This document shows, one piece after another, positions 51,723-64,000 of a DNA stretch of 64,000 bases. A program made the position numbers and the translations under genes. The stretch's first letter is position 1, and each line of letters starts with the position of its first letter. Source of the stretch: Vicugna vicugna (lineage: Eukaryota); assembly GCA_013265495.1 (NCBI GenBank), contig MU058584.1, positions 3,414,508-3,478,507 on the forward strand, in the 5' to 3' direction. A model generated the notes under the pieces. That model made no database searches, was not told the DNA's origin, and worked only from the letters and a program-made list of their open reading frames with translations.

Positions 51723-52688
51723 ATTTACTTATTTATTTATTTAAAACATTTATTGAGTTATAGTCATTTTACAATATTGTATCAAATTCCAGTGTAGAGC
51801 ACAATTTTTCAGTTATACATAAACATACACACATTCATTGTCACATTCTCTTTCGCTCTGAGCCACCACAAGATCCTGTATATATGTCCCTGTGCTACAC
51901 AGTACAATCTTGTTTATCTATTCTACATTTTGAAATCCAAGTCTGTCTCTTCCCACCCCCCATTCCCCTGGTAACCACAAGTTTGTATTCTGTCTATGAG
52001 TCTGTTTCTGTTTTGTTTTTATTTTTGTTTTTGTTTTTGTTTTAGATTCCACATATGAGTGATCTCATATGGTATTTTTCTTTCTCTTTCTGGCTTACTT
52101 CACTTAGAATGACATTCTCCAGGAACATCCATGTTGCTGCAAATGGCGTTATGTTGTCAGTTTTTATGGCCGAGTAGTGTTCTACTGTATAAATATACCA
52201 CATCTTCTTTATCCAGTCATCTGTTGATGGGCATTTAGGCTGTTTCCACGTCTTGGCTATTGTAAATAGTGCTGCTATCAACATTGGGGTGCAGGTGTCA
52301 TTTTGGAGTAGGGTTCCTTCTGGATATATGCCCAGGAGCGGGATTCCTGGGTCATATGGTAAGTCTATTCCTAGTCTTTTGAGGAATCTCCATACTGTTT
52401 TCTACAGTGGCTGCACCAAACTGCATTCCCACCAGCAGTGTAGGAGGGTTCCCTTTTCTCCACAGCCTCTCCAGCGTTTGTCATTTGTGGACTTTTGAAT
52501 GATGGCCATTCTGACTGGTGTGAGGTGATACCTCATCATAGTTTTGATTTGCATTTCTCTGATAATTAGTGATACTGAGCACTTTTTCATGTGCCTATTG
52601 ATCATTTGTATGTCTTCCTTGGAGAATTGCTTGTTTAGGTCTTCTGCCCATTTTTGGATTGGGTTGGTCTTTTTTTTCTTATTAAGTC
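51723..52688 (-). mobile_element. Young 5'-truncated camelid-type L1 with TSD
   Basis: ORFs 52042-52284 and 52402-52605 are the L1 ORF2 C-terminus ([33 protein letters not shown]); (TTTA)n tail; TSD catttatctcacattt (51707-51722) / catttatctcactttt (52689-52704) at a TT/AAAA endonuclease site. Confidence 0.95.
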
Positions 52689-52704
52689 CATTTATCTCAC
52701 TTTT

Positions 52705-52813
52705 AATCTACTACTATCTTCATTCTGCAGATGAGGAAATTGAAAATCACAGTGGTTAAATCTACTACTACCTTCATTCTGCAGATGAGGAAATTGAAAA
52801 ATCACAGTGGTTA
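52705..52813. repeat. 54/55-bp tandem duplication within a MIR
   Basis: aatctactacta(t/c)cttcattctgcagatgaggaaattgaaaa(a)tcacagtggtta twice. Confidence 0.95.
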
Positions 52814-53768
52814 AAACCACATTGAAGGATACACAGCTGTTAAGTGATGGAGCTGGGATTCACACATACAGCAGCCTGGTTCCCAAGTCTGTGCATATTT
52901 CCCCTACATGCCTGCCTCCTTCTGCTTCTTTAAGTTCTCAGGTTATCAGACTCTTAGTTCAAGCTTGAGTTTCCTGTGCAAACTCAGCTCAGCTGGACTC
53001 TGCCCTGTGTCCATCCTCCTTTGTTTCTCTGTCCACCAAAGCCACATGAGGGGATAAATCAGTGTTCAGCTCACAGTCATCCTGAAAACTGTCAGGACCA
53101 GGGACCCCTGAGAAGCCTGCATGAATGAATGTAACATCTGCAATTTGGAACCAGCCACATGGCTTTTCTCCACATTGGTCACCAAGGGGGTTTTGTCTGT
53201 GAAAACAGACTTATTGTGGCTAATACAGGTCGCAGGTGGAAAGGCCAGGGACTGACAGAGTTTAACTGGATTCCATTAGCACTCAAAACAAGCTCAGAGA
53301 ACAGGCATTGTAGGGGCTTGTGGGAACTGCTCTTTCAAGCCCCCTACATTGCCCCACTGGAAATACTGTATTTAATGTCAACTTAGTTTGACCTTTAGTC
53401 TTGGTGGCATTTACTAATTCTATGAAAGCAGCCATTTCTCAGTTTCTCTGAAGCTTAATAGATCATCAGACCGTTAGTTAAACACAGCCCAGTTTATGCA
53501 AAGGGGAAAGTCTCTCAAATGTTTCACCCACAACTTGGAAAAATATATAGAATGACTTCTATTATTTTTGGCTCATTTAAATTTCTGATGCCAGGGGAAT
53601 CAAAAGAAAGTGGTGTTTTAACTATAGTTCAAAGCATCAGTTTGACATCTTTGGGAAGCTAAGAAAAGCCAGAGCTCTCAAAGTGGGCCTGATTCTTGGG
53701 TTGGAGGAAAGCTCTCTTGTTACAAATATTTCAGGGTCCCTGATCATTCAGCGATAGATAGCCACCAG

Positions 53769-54980
53769 GTGTATTAGTTTTTCATTGCTGTCATAACGAA
53801 TTATCACAAACCTAGCAGCTTAAAATAACACTCATTTATTATCTCACAGTTCAGGCAGAAGTCCAAGGGGGCTTAGCTGAGTTCTTTGCTTAGGAGTTCA
53901 TAGTGCCAAAATCAAACTGTTGCCCAGGCTGGGCTCTTATTGAGGGGGAACCTGCTTCCAGGCTCACTCAGGTCACTTGCAGAATTCAGCTCCTTGTAGT
54001 AGTAGAGCTGAGGTCCCAGTGTCCTGACTCTTAGAGGGAGGTTTTCACTTCTGGAGGCCACCTGCATTCCCTGGCACCTGCACCCCCATGTTTGTTGCCG
54101 CATTCTTCACAATAGCCAACGTATGGAAACAACCTAAGTGTCTGTCAACAGATGAATGGATAAACAAGAGATGTTGTGTATATGGGATATTAGTCAGTCA
54201 TAAAGAAAAAGAAATCTTGCCATTTGCAACAACATGAATGGATCTAGATGGTCTTATACTTAGTGAAATAAGCAAGGTAAGAAAAAGAAGTACTGGATCA
54301 CCTCCCTTATATACATAACATTGTAAAAGGTTGAACTCCTAGAAACAGACAGTAGAAGAGTAGTTACCAGGGGTTGGAGGGAGAGTCTGGGAAATGAGGA
54401 GATGTTGGTCAAAGAGCACAAACTTCAAGTTAGAAGATAAATAAGTTCTAGGGATCTAATTCACAGCACAGTGACTATAGCTAACACTACTGCATTATAT
54501 ACTTGAAAGTTGCTTAGAGAGTAGATCTTAAATGTTCCTCCCACAAAAGAAAAAGAGAAATAGTAATTATGTGACATGATGGAGATTTTAGCTAACTCTA
54601 AGGTGGTAATAATTTTGCAAAGTACATCAAATCAACATGTTGTATGCATGAAACGTACATAAGTTTATGTGTCAATTATATCTCAATAAAACTGGGGGTA
54701 AAAAGCCAGAAATGGCAGATGGAGAATCTTTCTCACCGTTCAAATCTTGTGACCTTTCTGCCAAATCTTTTCTGCTGCTGGCTAGAGAAAGTTCTCTGCT
54801 TTTAAGTGCTCATGTGACTAGACTGGTCCACTTGGATTATCCAGGCTAAATTCCCTATTATAAGATTAGTAACCTTAATTACACCTGCAAAGTCCCTTTT
54901 ACTCAGTATTGTAACGTAGTCACAGGTTTGTAATTAGGGTGTGGGCAATTTTGGCAGAGTGCATTCTGTCTTTCATACTA
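53769..54980 (-). mobile_element. MaLR LTR (MLT1D/E-like) split by an L1
   Basis: tgtattagtttttcattgctgtcataacgaattatcacaaacctagcagc; resumes ~54705 with ccttaattacacctgcaaagtccctttt. Confidence 0.8.
54088..54703 (+). mobile_element. L1MA-type 3' fragment
   Basis: ttcacaatagccaacgtatggaaacaacctaagtgtc; ends tcaattatatctcaataaaactggggg. Confidence 0.88.
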
Positions 54981-55214
54981 GGTATCCCCTTGGTTCCTGT
55001 GGGACTCAGATACTTGGCTTACAGGATTCTGGAGGCAACACTGTGATGGTGCTTTGGAAGCTGAATATGCAATCCAGTTGTGAGGTTTGGGACCTGTCTT
55101 AGAGGTGAGAATAAACAGATGTGTAGTTAGAAATCAGGTTCATGAATTCTGAGTGAAAATGGATATTTCCAATTACAATTTTCTGCCTCTTAATATGACA
55201 GCTCCTTTATGGAC

Positions 55215-55510
55215 ATGCATCCATTTAGTTTCACAAGTATTTATTGAGCACTTACTATGTGCCTGGCACTATTCCAAGTACTGAGAATATAGCAACACAG
55301 AAGAGACAAAAATCCCTGATCTCATGAAGCTTACATTCCAGTATTTGGAAGCACAAAACAAACTCAGTGGGTAATTCATACAATATATTAAAAGGTAAAA
55401 AATATGAAGAAAAAGAAAGTATAGGAAGGGGCTGGGTGCAGCCTAGTGATTTTGGGGTAGATTGCAGCTTTCAGTGAAGATGGTTGGGTAAGACCTCACT
55501 GGGAAGTTAA
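55215..55510 (-). mobile_element. L2 3' end
   Basis: caagtatttattgagcacttactatgtgcctggcactattc. Confidence 0.85.
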
Positions 55511-55511
55511 G

Positions 55512-58500
55512 AAGTCTTCCCTCTTGCTTCCATCTTCTGAAAGAGATTGTAGAGAATTGGTACAATTTCTTTCTTAAATGTTTGGTAGAATTCACTGGTG
55601 AACAATCTAGATGGGCCTGGTGCTTTCTGTGTTGGAAGGTTATTAATAATTAATTCAATTTCTTTTAATAGATACAAGACTATTCAGGTTGCCTATGTCT
55701 TATTGTGTGTGTTTTAACAGATTGTGTATTTCAAGGGATTGTTTGATTTCTTCTAAGTTATAGAATTTGGGGGCATGGAGTTATTCATAGCATTCTTGTA
55801 TCATCCTTGTCAATGTCCATGAGTTCTGTAGTGATGTTCCCACTTTTATTTCTGGTATTAGTAACTTGTGTGTTCTTTCTCTTTTTCTCAGCCTGGTTAG
55901 AGATTTATCAATTTATTGACCTTTTCTAAGAATCAGGTTTTGATTGTGTTGATTTTCTCTATTGATTTCCTATTTTCAATTTTGATGACTTTTTGCTCTA
56001 ATTTTTACTACTTCTCTTTTTCTACTTACTTTGGATTTAATTATTCTTCCTTTTTCTAGTGTTCTAAGATGAAAGCCTATATTATTGATTTAGATCTTTC
56101 TTCTTTTCTAATTATGCTTTCAATGTTACAAATTTTCTTTATCTAAGCCCTACTTTTGCTGCATACCACAAATTTTAATAATTTGTGCTTTCATTTTCAT
56201 TTAGTTAAAATATTTTAAAATTTCTTTTGAGATTTCTTTTTTGACCGATGTGTTATTTAGAAGTTTGTTATTTAATATCCAAGTCTTTTTGGATTTTCCA
56301 GTTAGTCTTTTCGTTTTGGATTTCTACTTTAACGCCATTGTAGCCTGAGAGCACACATCATGTGATGTTTATTATTTTAAATTGGTTAGGATGTGCCGTG
56401 TGACCCAGAACGTAGTCTATCTTGGTGTCTGTTCACGTGAGCTTGAGAAGGATATGTATTGTGCTGTTGTTGAATGAAGTAGATTATAGATGTCACTGTC
56501 CAGTTGATTAATGGTGCTGCTGAGGTCAGATATGTCCCTACTAATTTTCTTCCTACAAGATATGTCCATTTCTCACAGAGGGGTGTCAAAGTTCTCCAAC
56601 TATAATAGGGGATTCATCTGTTTCTCCTTGCAGTTCTAGTAGTTTTTGCCTCACACATTTCATGTTCTGTTGTTATAGGTGTACGCACTTTAAGGACTAT
56701 TAAGCCTTCTTGGAGAACTGACCCCTTTATCATTATGTAATGCCCCTTTCTTTCAGATAAAATTTTCCTGCTCTGAAGTCTGCTTTGTCTGAAATTAATA
56801 GTTACTCCAGGTTTCTTTTGATTAGTGTTTGCATGGTGTATCTGTCTCTATCAAATTACTTTTAATATATATGCAACGTTATATTTAAAGTGGATTTCTT
56901 ATACACAACTATTACTTTTGTTTTTTGATCTATTCTGACAATGTCTGTCTTTTCATTGGTGTAGTTAGACCACTGACATTTAAGGTAACTATTGATACAT
57001 TTGGATTAGTATATACCATATTTTCTATTCTTTGCCCTTGTTCTTTGTTCCTATTTTTGTCTTCCACTCTTTTCCTGCCATTTGTGGTTTTAATTGAGCA
57101 TTTTATATAATTCTATTTTCTCGCCTTTCTTAGCACACCAATCACACTTTTGTATTTACATTTGTAGTGGTTGCCCTAGAGTTGGCGACATATATTTACG
57201 ACTAATCCAAGTCCACTTCCAGACTGTGCAATACTGCTCTACAAGTGGTGAGGTGTCTTACAATAACAAAATATTCACAAGTCTTCCCTCCAGGCTCTTG
57301 TATCAGTGCTGTTATTCATTTCACATATATATAAGCTATAATCATTGAACACGTTGTTATATTTTTAATTGTTAGATTGTTAACTAATCAGAAAAAATTT
57401 TTAATTCTTTTTCTTTTACCTATCCCTTCTCTAATGCTCTTTATTTCTTTATGTAGATCTGAGTTTCTGACCTATGTTATTTTCTTTCTCTCTAAAGATC
57501 TTTGCTTCTTTTTTTCTTTCCAGCTTTATTGAGGTAGATTAGACAAATAAAACTGTAGTATATTTAAACTGTACACATGATGATTTGATATACATATACA
57601 ATGTGAAATGATTCCCACAATCTTGTTAGTTAACACATCCATCATCCCACACAGTCATTTTTTTTTGAGAGAGGTGATGAAAACGCTGAAGATCTATTCT
57701 CTCAGTAAATTTCCATTATTCAATAGAGTAATATTAACTATAGTCACTACGTTATACATTAGACCCTTAGAATTTATTCATGTTATAACTGAACGTTTGT
57801 GCCCCTTTTACCAAATTTTCCCTATACTTTTTAAAAAACATTTCTGTCAAAGCAAATCTAGTGGCAACAAATTTCTTAAATTTTTGTTCATCTGAGGATG
57901 TCTTTCCTTCTCCTTTACTTCTGAAGGAAGATTTTGCAGAATATAGAATTTTAGGTTGGTGGGGTTTTTTTTCTCTCAATTTTTAAATATTTCACTCCAC
58001 TCTCTTCTTGCTTGGATGGTTTCTGAGAAGTTGGATGTGATTGTTACCTTTGCTTCTGTATAGATAAGGTGTTTTCCCTACATCTGGCTCATTTCAAGAT
58101 TTTTTTCTTTAACTTTGATTTTCTGAAGTTTGAATATGATACATGTTAAGTGTTTTTGTTTGGTTGGTTTTACAATTTATCTTGCTTGATATTCCCTGAG
58201 CTTCCTAGATCTATGGTTTGATGTCTGATATTAATTGAGGGGAAATTCTCTGTCATTGTTGCTTCAAATATTGCTTCTGTTCCTTTCTCTCTTTTCCTTC
58301 TAATATAACCATTAAGTGTATGTTATACCTCTTGTAATTGTCTCACAGTTCTTGAATATTATGTTCCCTTTATTTCCCCAGGGTTTTTTGTCTTTGCTTT
58401 TCAGTTTTGGAAGTCTGTACTGACATATCCTCAGGCTCAAAGATTCTTTCCTTAGCTGTGTCCAGTCTACTTATGAGCTCATCAAAGGCATTCTTCATAT

Positions 58501-59558
58501 CTGGGACAGTGTGTTTGATCTTTAACATTTCTTTTTGATTCTCTTGTTGAATTTCCATCTCCCTGCTTACATTACTCTTCTGTTCTAGCATGCTGTGTAC
58601 TTTTTCCATCAGAGCCCTTAGCATTTTAATCATGGTTGTTTTGAATTCCTGGTCTGATAATTTGAACATTCCTGCCATATCTGGTTCTGATGCTTGCTCT
58701 ATCTCTTCAGATTGTGATTTTTGTCTTTTAGTATGCCTTGTAATTTTTTCTTGGTAGCCAGACATGATGTATTGGGTAAAAGAAGCTGCAATAAATAGGT
58801 TGCTAGTGATGTGGTGGTGATGTGTGTAGGGAGCAGAAGCATTCTATAGTTCCATGGTTAGGTCTAAGTCTGTCAGTGAAGCTGTACCTCTGAAATGTAA
58901 GCTCCACAAGTGCTTCTCCTTGTGTAGGACAGGATTTCTAGAGGGGGCTAGAATTGTGTATTTTGGAAAGTCAAAGGGAGCTACAGTTGGATATTTTCCT
59001 TCCCCAAGGTCAACTGGGATCTGATTAAGCCCCAACAGGTAAGGTTCTGGTAAAATAGTTCTCCTTGAGAGCACCTTTTGTTAAAAAGACTAGAATACTC
59101 AGGCCTATTTCAAAATTGCTACCTTTCTCCTCCTCGTCTCCTACGAGAAGCATGAGATTTTTCTCTCACCTTCACTCTGAGAATCTGGTAGAGCTCTTAG
59201 AGATAAAGCTTGAAAAAAATGTGGGGGCTCCCATATGAATGTGCCTCCCTGGAGTTTTTAACTCTCAGACTTGTCCATACTGAGCCTCCAGCAATTGGTC
59301 AACTGTACTTTCATGTGGGAAACCTGGCACTGGTTTCCACAGAGGCTTCTGCTCCAGTAAGTTGTGATTATTTGCCTGTGTATCCGCCTGTCTCTCTCTC
59401 CAATGTGGAGGGCAGTGGTTTGCCCTCTGACATAGCTTCTCTGACAAATCTGAAAAGAGTTATGGATTTTTTTTTAGTTTGTTCAGCTTTTTATTTGTTG
59501 TTAGGATAGAGTGACAGCTTCCAAGGTCCTTACATACAGGACCAAAAATTGGAAGTCC
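55512..59558 (-). mobile_element. Old L1 (L1MC/L1MD-type) 5' half: 5'UTR, ORF1, inter-ORF and ORF2 endonuclease region, with a nested L1MA-type 3' end at ~57505-57820
   Basis: 5' terminus GGACTTCC at ~59558; ORF1 homology in ORFs 58370-58765 and 57767-57979; antisense ORF2 motifs at 55.5-56.9 kb. Confidence 0.85.
58370..58765 (-). pseudogene. L1 ORF1p N-terminal/coiled-coil remnant (131 codons open)
   Basis: LSDQEFKTTMIKMLRALMEK...NQKEMLKIKHTVPDMKNAFDELISRLDTAKERIFEPED is the L1 ORF1p coiled-coil pattern. Confidence 0.85.
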
Positions 59559-60829
59559 CTATTACTTTTCCAGGTAATCGTCACCACAACTCCATAAAGT
59601 GGGGTTTGTTAGTTCAATTTCAAAGAAAAAATCTGAGGAAGGTTAAGGGACTTGTGTAAGGCCACCAGTCTCAGGATCTCACAGGCCCTGGTAACAGGAA
59701 AGTCAGAGAATCTGTGATGTTAGGGTATAAGGGTCACTTTGGGATTCAACCCCTGTAATCCTCTGATGTGGGACCAGAGAGACGATATCCCTTGCTTGGG
59801 GCCTGGGGTTGGGAGTCCTCTTCCCAGGGTCACTCAGGGATAAATCCCCCCTCATTAAGAGAGAAGACAGTCCCCTAACCTGGCCCCCTTAAGGAATTTT
59901 TCTGCAACATCAGAGGTTTGGTGCATGATGAGCAGGTATTCAGAAAGAAGCTGCGGAGCAGAAGAGAGTACCATTCAAGAGCCTAAGAAGCCCATCGCTA
60001 TCCCTGTCGGCCCCCAGTTCAGGCTCCTGGAGTGGGTTCAGTACCTGTGCTCGCCTCAGTCAAAACCTTTGATTGTCATTCTCCTGTAGGGAGCCTTGGA
60101 CAGAAACTCCTTGCACTCCTTTTATGCCATACTGGAATTAAAAAGAAAACAATTTGCACTAATGTGTGCGACCAACAGATGGGCAATTGAATGACCCTTT
60201 CTGGGCAGTGAAGGTGGCCCAGGGCTAACAGTTACTAGTCCACATTCCAAGAGCACAAGATATATTTTTCAGTCTGGCCAACCAGACTTTGATTTCTTCC
60301 GGACCGTGCATTATTATGCAATTCCTGTTGCCCTGGAAAGCTCAGATGATTAAAAGAGTTTATGTTTGCCACTTCCAAGAATCCCTCTTGCGATTTAAGT
60401 GATTCATGCACCCAAGTTTTGCAAAGAGGAAAACAACCTCATTGTTATTTGCTCTGTTAAAGCCCTCAAGTGTTCAGCTTATTATTTTGTTATCTGGTAA
60501 AAGGCGGGAGTTCATCTCTGATTCTCTAATCTTTTCCATGGGGAATTCTTATGGGATAATAAAAATTCCTTATTTAACTAGCAGAGAAACAGCTGCTGCT
60601 CTCATCTTTTCTCCTTTTTTGGGAGGACTGGAGGGAGAGACACTGTTGGTCACATGCTTGTATTCTCATGCCATGTAGCAAATTTCAGGAGAAGAAATGG
60701 ACAGAAGGGAAGTCAGAGTGATAAGACTATTCCTCTATCTCCAATCCTTGCACCAGAACAATAACACAGTTGTGGAGACGGCTAACTGTCCCCTAGCATT
60801 CTTCTCCTCCTTCATCTTTCCTTTTCTTT

Positions 60830-61800
60830 CTTTTTTTTTTTTTTTGACAGATTTTTTTTGAGTTTCACTTGTACTCATTTGTGTCTTGTATTTTGTTCTT
60901 GTAATGTTATCACCTGTGCAGGGCTGTGTATCATCACCACAGTCAAGACAGAGAACAGCTCCAACATCACAAGGGTCTACAGTGTTGCCCTTTTATAACG
61001 GCACCTCCCTCCCTCCTGTCTCTTTACCCCCTCATCTCCCCATCACCCCCCTGCCCTCTACTGCCGTCCCTATTCCTGGAAACCACTGATCTCTTCCATT
61101 TCTATAATTTTGGCATTTCAAAGATGTTGTGTAAATGAATCCTATGATATGTAACATGTTGGGATTGACTTTTTTTTTTAATTCAGCATAATTCCCTTGA
61201 GATTCTTCTAAGTTGTCATGTATCAATAATGCGGTTTTTTATTGTTGAGTAGTAGTCCATGGTGTGGGTGTATCACAGTTTGTTTAATCATTCACCCACT
61301 GAAGGATATGTAATTGTTTCCAATTTTTGGCTATGAACATCTGTTTACAGGTTTTCAGGTCAACAGTGTCGGTTCTCTAGGATAAATGCCCACGAGTGCA
61401 ATTGTTAGGGTGTATGGTAGTTGCACGTTTAGTTTTATAAGAAACTACCAAGTGGCTTACACTATTTTATGTGCCTACCAACAATGTATGAGTGATTCAA
61501 TTTCTCATCCTCACCAGCATTTGGTGTCACTCTTTTTTGTTTTAGCCCTTCTGATAGGTTTGTAGTAGCTCCTTGTGGTTTTAATTTGCATTTTTCTAAT
61601 GGCTAATAATGTGGAGTATCTTTTGTGGGCTTATTTTCCCTCTGTATATCTTCTTCAGTGAAATGTCTATACATATATTTTGCTCATTTTCTAATTAGGT
61701 TGCTCATTTTGGGGACAATTAATTATTTGTTGAGTTTTGAGGGTTCTTTGTATGTGCTGGATAGTGAACCTCTGTCAGACACATGGTTTGCAGTTCTTTT
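60830..61800 (-). mobile_element. L1MB/MC-type 3' fragment
   Basis: Poly-T at ~60830-60845; ttcagcataattcccttgagattc; tgtggttttaatttgcatttttctaatggctaat. Confidence 0.85.
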
Positions 61801-61829
61801 TTCTCTTAATGATTGAACTTTTTGGGTTT

Positions 61830-62460
61830 GAGCTGGGCATCTGGCTACTTTTCCCAACCTCTCCTGCAGCAGATGTGGCCATGTGACAAAGTTCGGGCCA
61901 ATGAGATGAACGCAGTAATCATACATGCTATGTCTGAGTCATCTCCAATGAAAGCAAAAACAACTTGTTCTGAACTTCTATTTTCTCTCCCTTCCTGCAA
62001 CACAGCCCTTGCAGCCACCCAGCTTCAACCATGCAGACAAGGACTCTGCCTTAGAGCAAGGTTGGCAGGCCTTATGTTGAGGGACAGATAGTAGATAGTT
62101 TTAGTTTACAGGCCATATGGTCTCTGTACGAACTCTTCAACTCTGCTGTTGTAACACAAAAGCAGCCATGGACAATATGTAGACAAATGGGCATGGATGG
62201 CTGTGTTTGCATAAAATTTATTTTTCTTAAATGGCGATGTGCTCATGGGCTTCAGTCTGCTGACTCCACTTTAAGAATCTACCTTAAGACAAAGCCACAG
62301 ATAGCAGGAACTAGATCCCTGAATAGTCACATGGAACCATTACATCAGGCTGAATTGCTAACCTCTAGATTAATTCATGACAAAGAAATAACCTTTTTTC
62401 TTATTTAAGCCACTTTCTGTTAGGGCCTCTTTGTTGTAGCATCTCCACCAATGCCTGTCT
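61830..62460 (+). mobile_element. Old MaLR LTR (MLT1J-like) with nested MER58A-like MITE (~62058-62268)
   Basis: ggccatgtgacaaagttcgggccaatgaga; MER58 motif aactcttcaactctgctgttgtaacacaaaagcagccatggacaatatgta. Confidence 0.75.
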
Positions 62461-62739
62461 AGTAGCAATGAACTTGACATTCACTGGGCATTTGCTATGC
62501 TCGGTGTACAGAGATAACTCAACAGTGGATTATCTAAGGGGCTTGCAGAAAAGCTATCTATTTTAGGTCTGTTAATGAGCTTGTTCAGTTTTTGCCACTT
62601 TGTGACAATGTACTGTAGGGGATGTGTGTATGGCTATGGGAAGTTGTGAGCTCTGCTAATTTGCTGCAGAATGCTGGTGTGTGACAGATTGTTCACAGTT
62701 ATCAGCCTCCCAATTTTCTCTGTGGAATGGAAGTTACTG

Positions 62740-63700
62740 TGGTTAAAAGTTAAAATCAATACATGTGAATGAGATGACAGGACCAACTCTGTATGGAAGG
62801 TGGGCAGGATGTCCTTTTGTTAATGAAACAAAAGAGTGGTTTGGTCCTAAGCTATAATGACTGGTTGCTGCAGAATGAGAAAGAGGAGCAAGGAAGACCA
62901 AACCTAAATGGATACAAAACCTCATAGAAGATTTGTAGAAAGGAAACTTTATGTGTTGTGGTCAAAGCTAGCTCAGATTTGATCGGTTTATTTATAAGAT
63001 TTCAAAAAGAACTTTTAGTATCAAATATTGTGCTGATGCAAAACTGGGATTGTTTTATCTCTGTTAAAATGGCAAACGTTTTCTTGGATCATTAGTCTGC
63101 TCTTAATATGAGGTTATAAAATGTTACTCTTTGCCTTCACAAAGGTTTTGTGTCTAAACAGAGTAACATTTTATGGTTTATGTTGATTTTCATATATCCT
63201 TGATGATTTAAGAAAATAAAAACTTCTCACTTAGGAAAGAGCTTAAGTTCTTTACAACCATGTTGCCTTCAATGTTTATTTTTTAATGTTTTATTGTCAC
63301 TTTGAAATGAGAAGCAAAATGATGTGTCTCCTGCACCCATGATCCAATTCTGTCTTAGGTGTTCAAATCTCCTAGCAACTTTTGATTTTTGTCTTTCCAA
63401 AATCCAATTATAAATAATATCTTTCACACTTAAAACTGTCTTTGAGATTTCCCAGAGGGCCCCTAGAAAATCACATGGAATTTGTTCTGTCACCCTGTGA
63501 AAAGAGAGGTGCTAGAAATAATAAAGTTTATTTGATATGCTGCTATTGATGAATTGCAACCAGAGTTGTCAAATCAGTTGTCAAATCAGAAGAGGTGCTT
63601 AGCTTCCCCTAGGTTAAATTTGTATGGGTGATATAACTCAGATTGTGTGTCATACAGGAGGTTCCTAGAGATTTGTCAGTGCCCTTGCTGTCTATAATGT
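62740..63700 (+). mobile_element. ERV1 non-autonomous internal fragment (MER4/MER34-group-like)
   Basis: AT-rich sequence with ctgtctttgagatttcccagagggcccctagaaaatc...gaaaagagaggtgctagaaataat resembling MER4-group internals; no ORF. Confidence 0.5.
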
Positions 63701-64000
63701 GTTCCTATTTATCAGAGTCCTGGTTCTTCCCTTCCTTACATTAGACAACAACAATGTAGCATTGGTCATATTTTCAGTATTTTTTTTAAATGTTAACTTT
63801 GTTGCAACTTCACTGTTTAAATTTAAATCTAGCAACTACTAGGGCAATAGTTTTCAAGTGGAGCTTTATTATCTCTGGGGTTTTATTAACATCATTTACC
63901 TATAGAGCTTTATTAACCTACAGACATTTAAGACCTACTCCAGGCTTACAGAATCTCTTTACTTGGTATTCATTATTTATTCTTGACAGTTTCTAACTAA

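Noticed and set aside
63564..63589. 12-bp tandem repeat AGTTGTCAAATC x2
   Set aside because: Ordinary slippage microduplication in an ERV relic

Overview
64 kb of mammalian genomic DNA, most likely a camelid (camel/alpaca/llama). It has two tRNA-derived Vic-1-type SINEs and young L1 3' ends resembling camelid L1, and I saw no Alu, B1, Bov-tA or PRE elements. No host protein-coding gene, RNA gene or CpG island is recognisable, so the window looks intergenic or deep-intronic. It is dominated by interspersed repeats: L1 of several ages, L2, MIR, MaLR/ERVL LTRs, an ERV1-type internal fragment and hAT MITEs. The only ORFs with recognisable homology are L1 ORF1/ORF2 remnants. Main oddities: (1) two independent solo LTRs of one ERV1-type family, rich in CCAAT boxes and octamers, one retaining TATA and polyA signals with strong splice donors just downstream; (2) a perfect 71-bp local copy of part of an ancient MaLR; (3) a ~460-bp tandem duplication differing only in its microsatellite; (4) a 54-bp tandem duplication abutting an L1 target site; (5) a perfect 14-bp hairpin inside an L2; (6) candidate small exons and repeat-free putative enhancers. 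Repeat family names and most boundaries are by-eye recognition and approximate. I cannot support a genuinely new biological system from the sequence alone.
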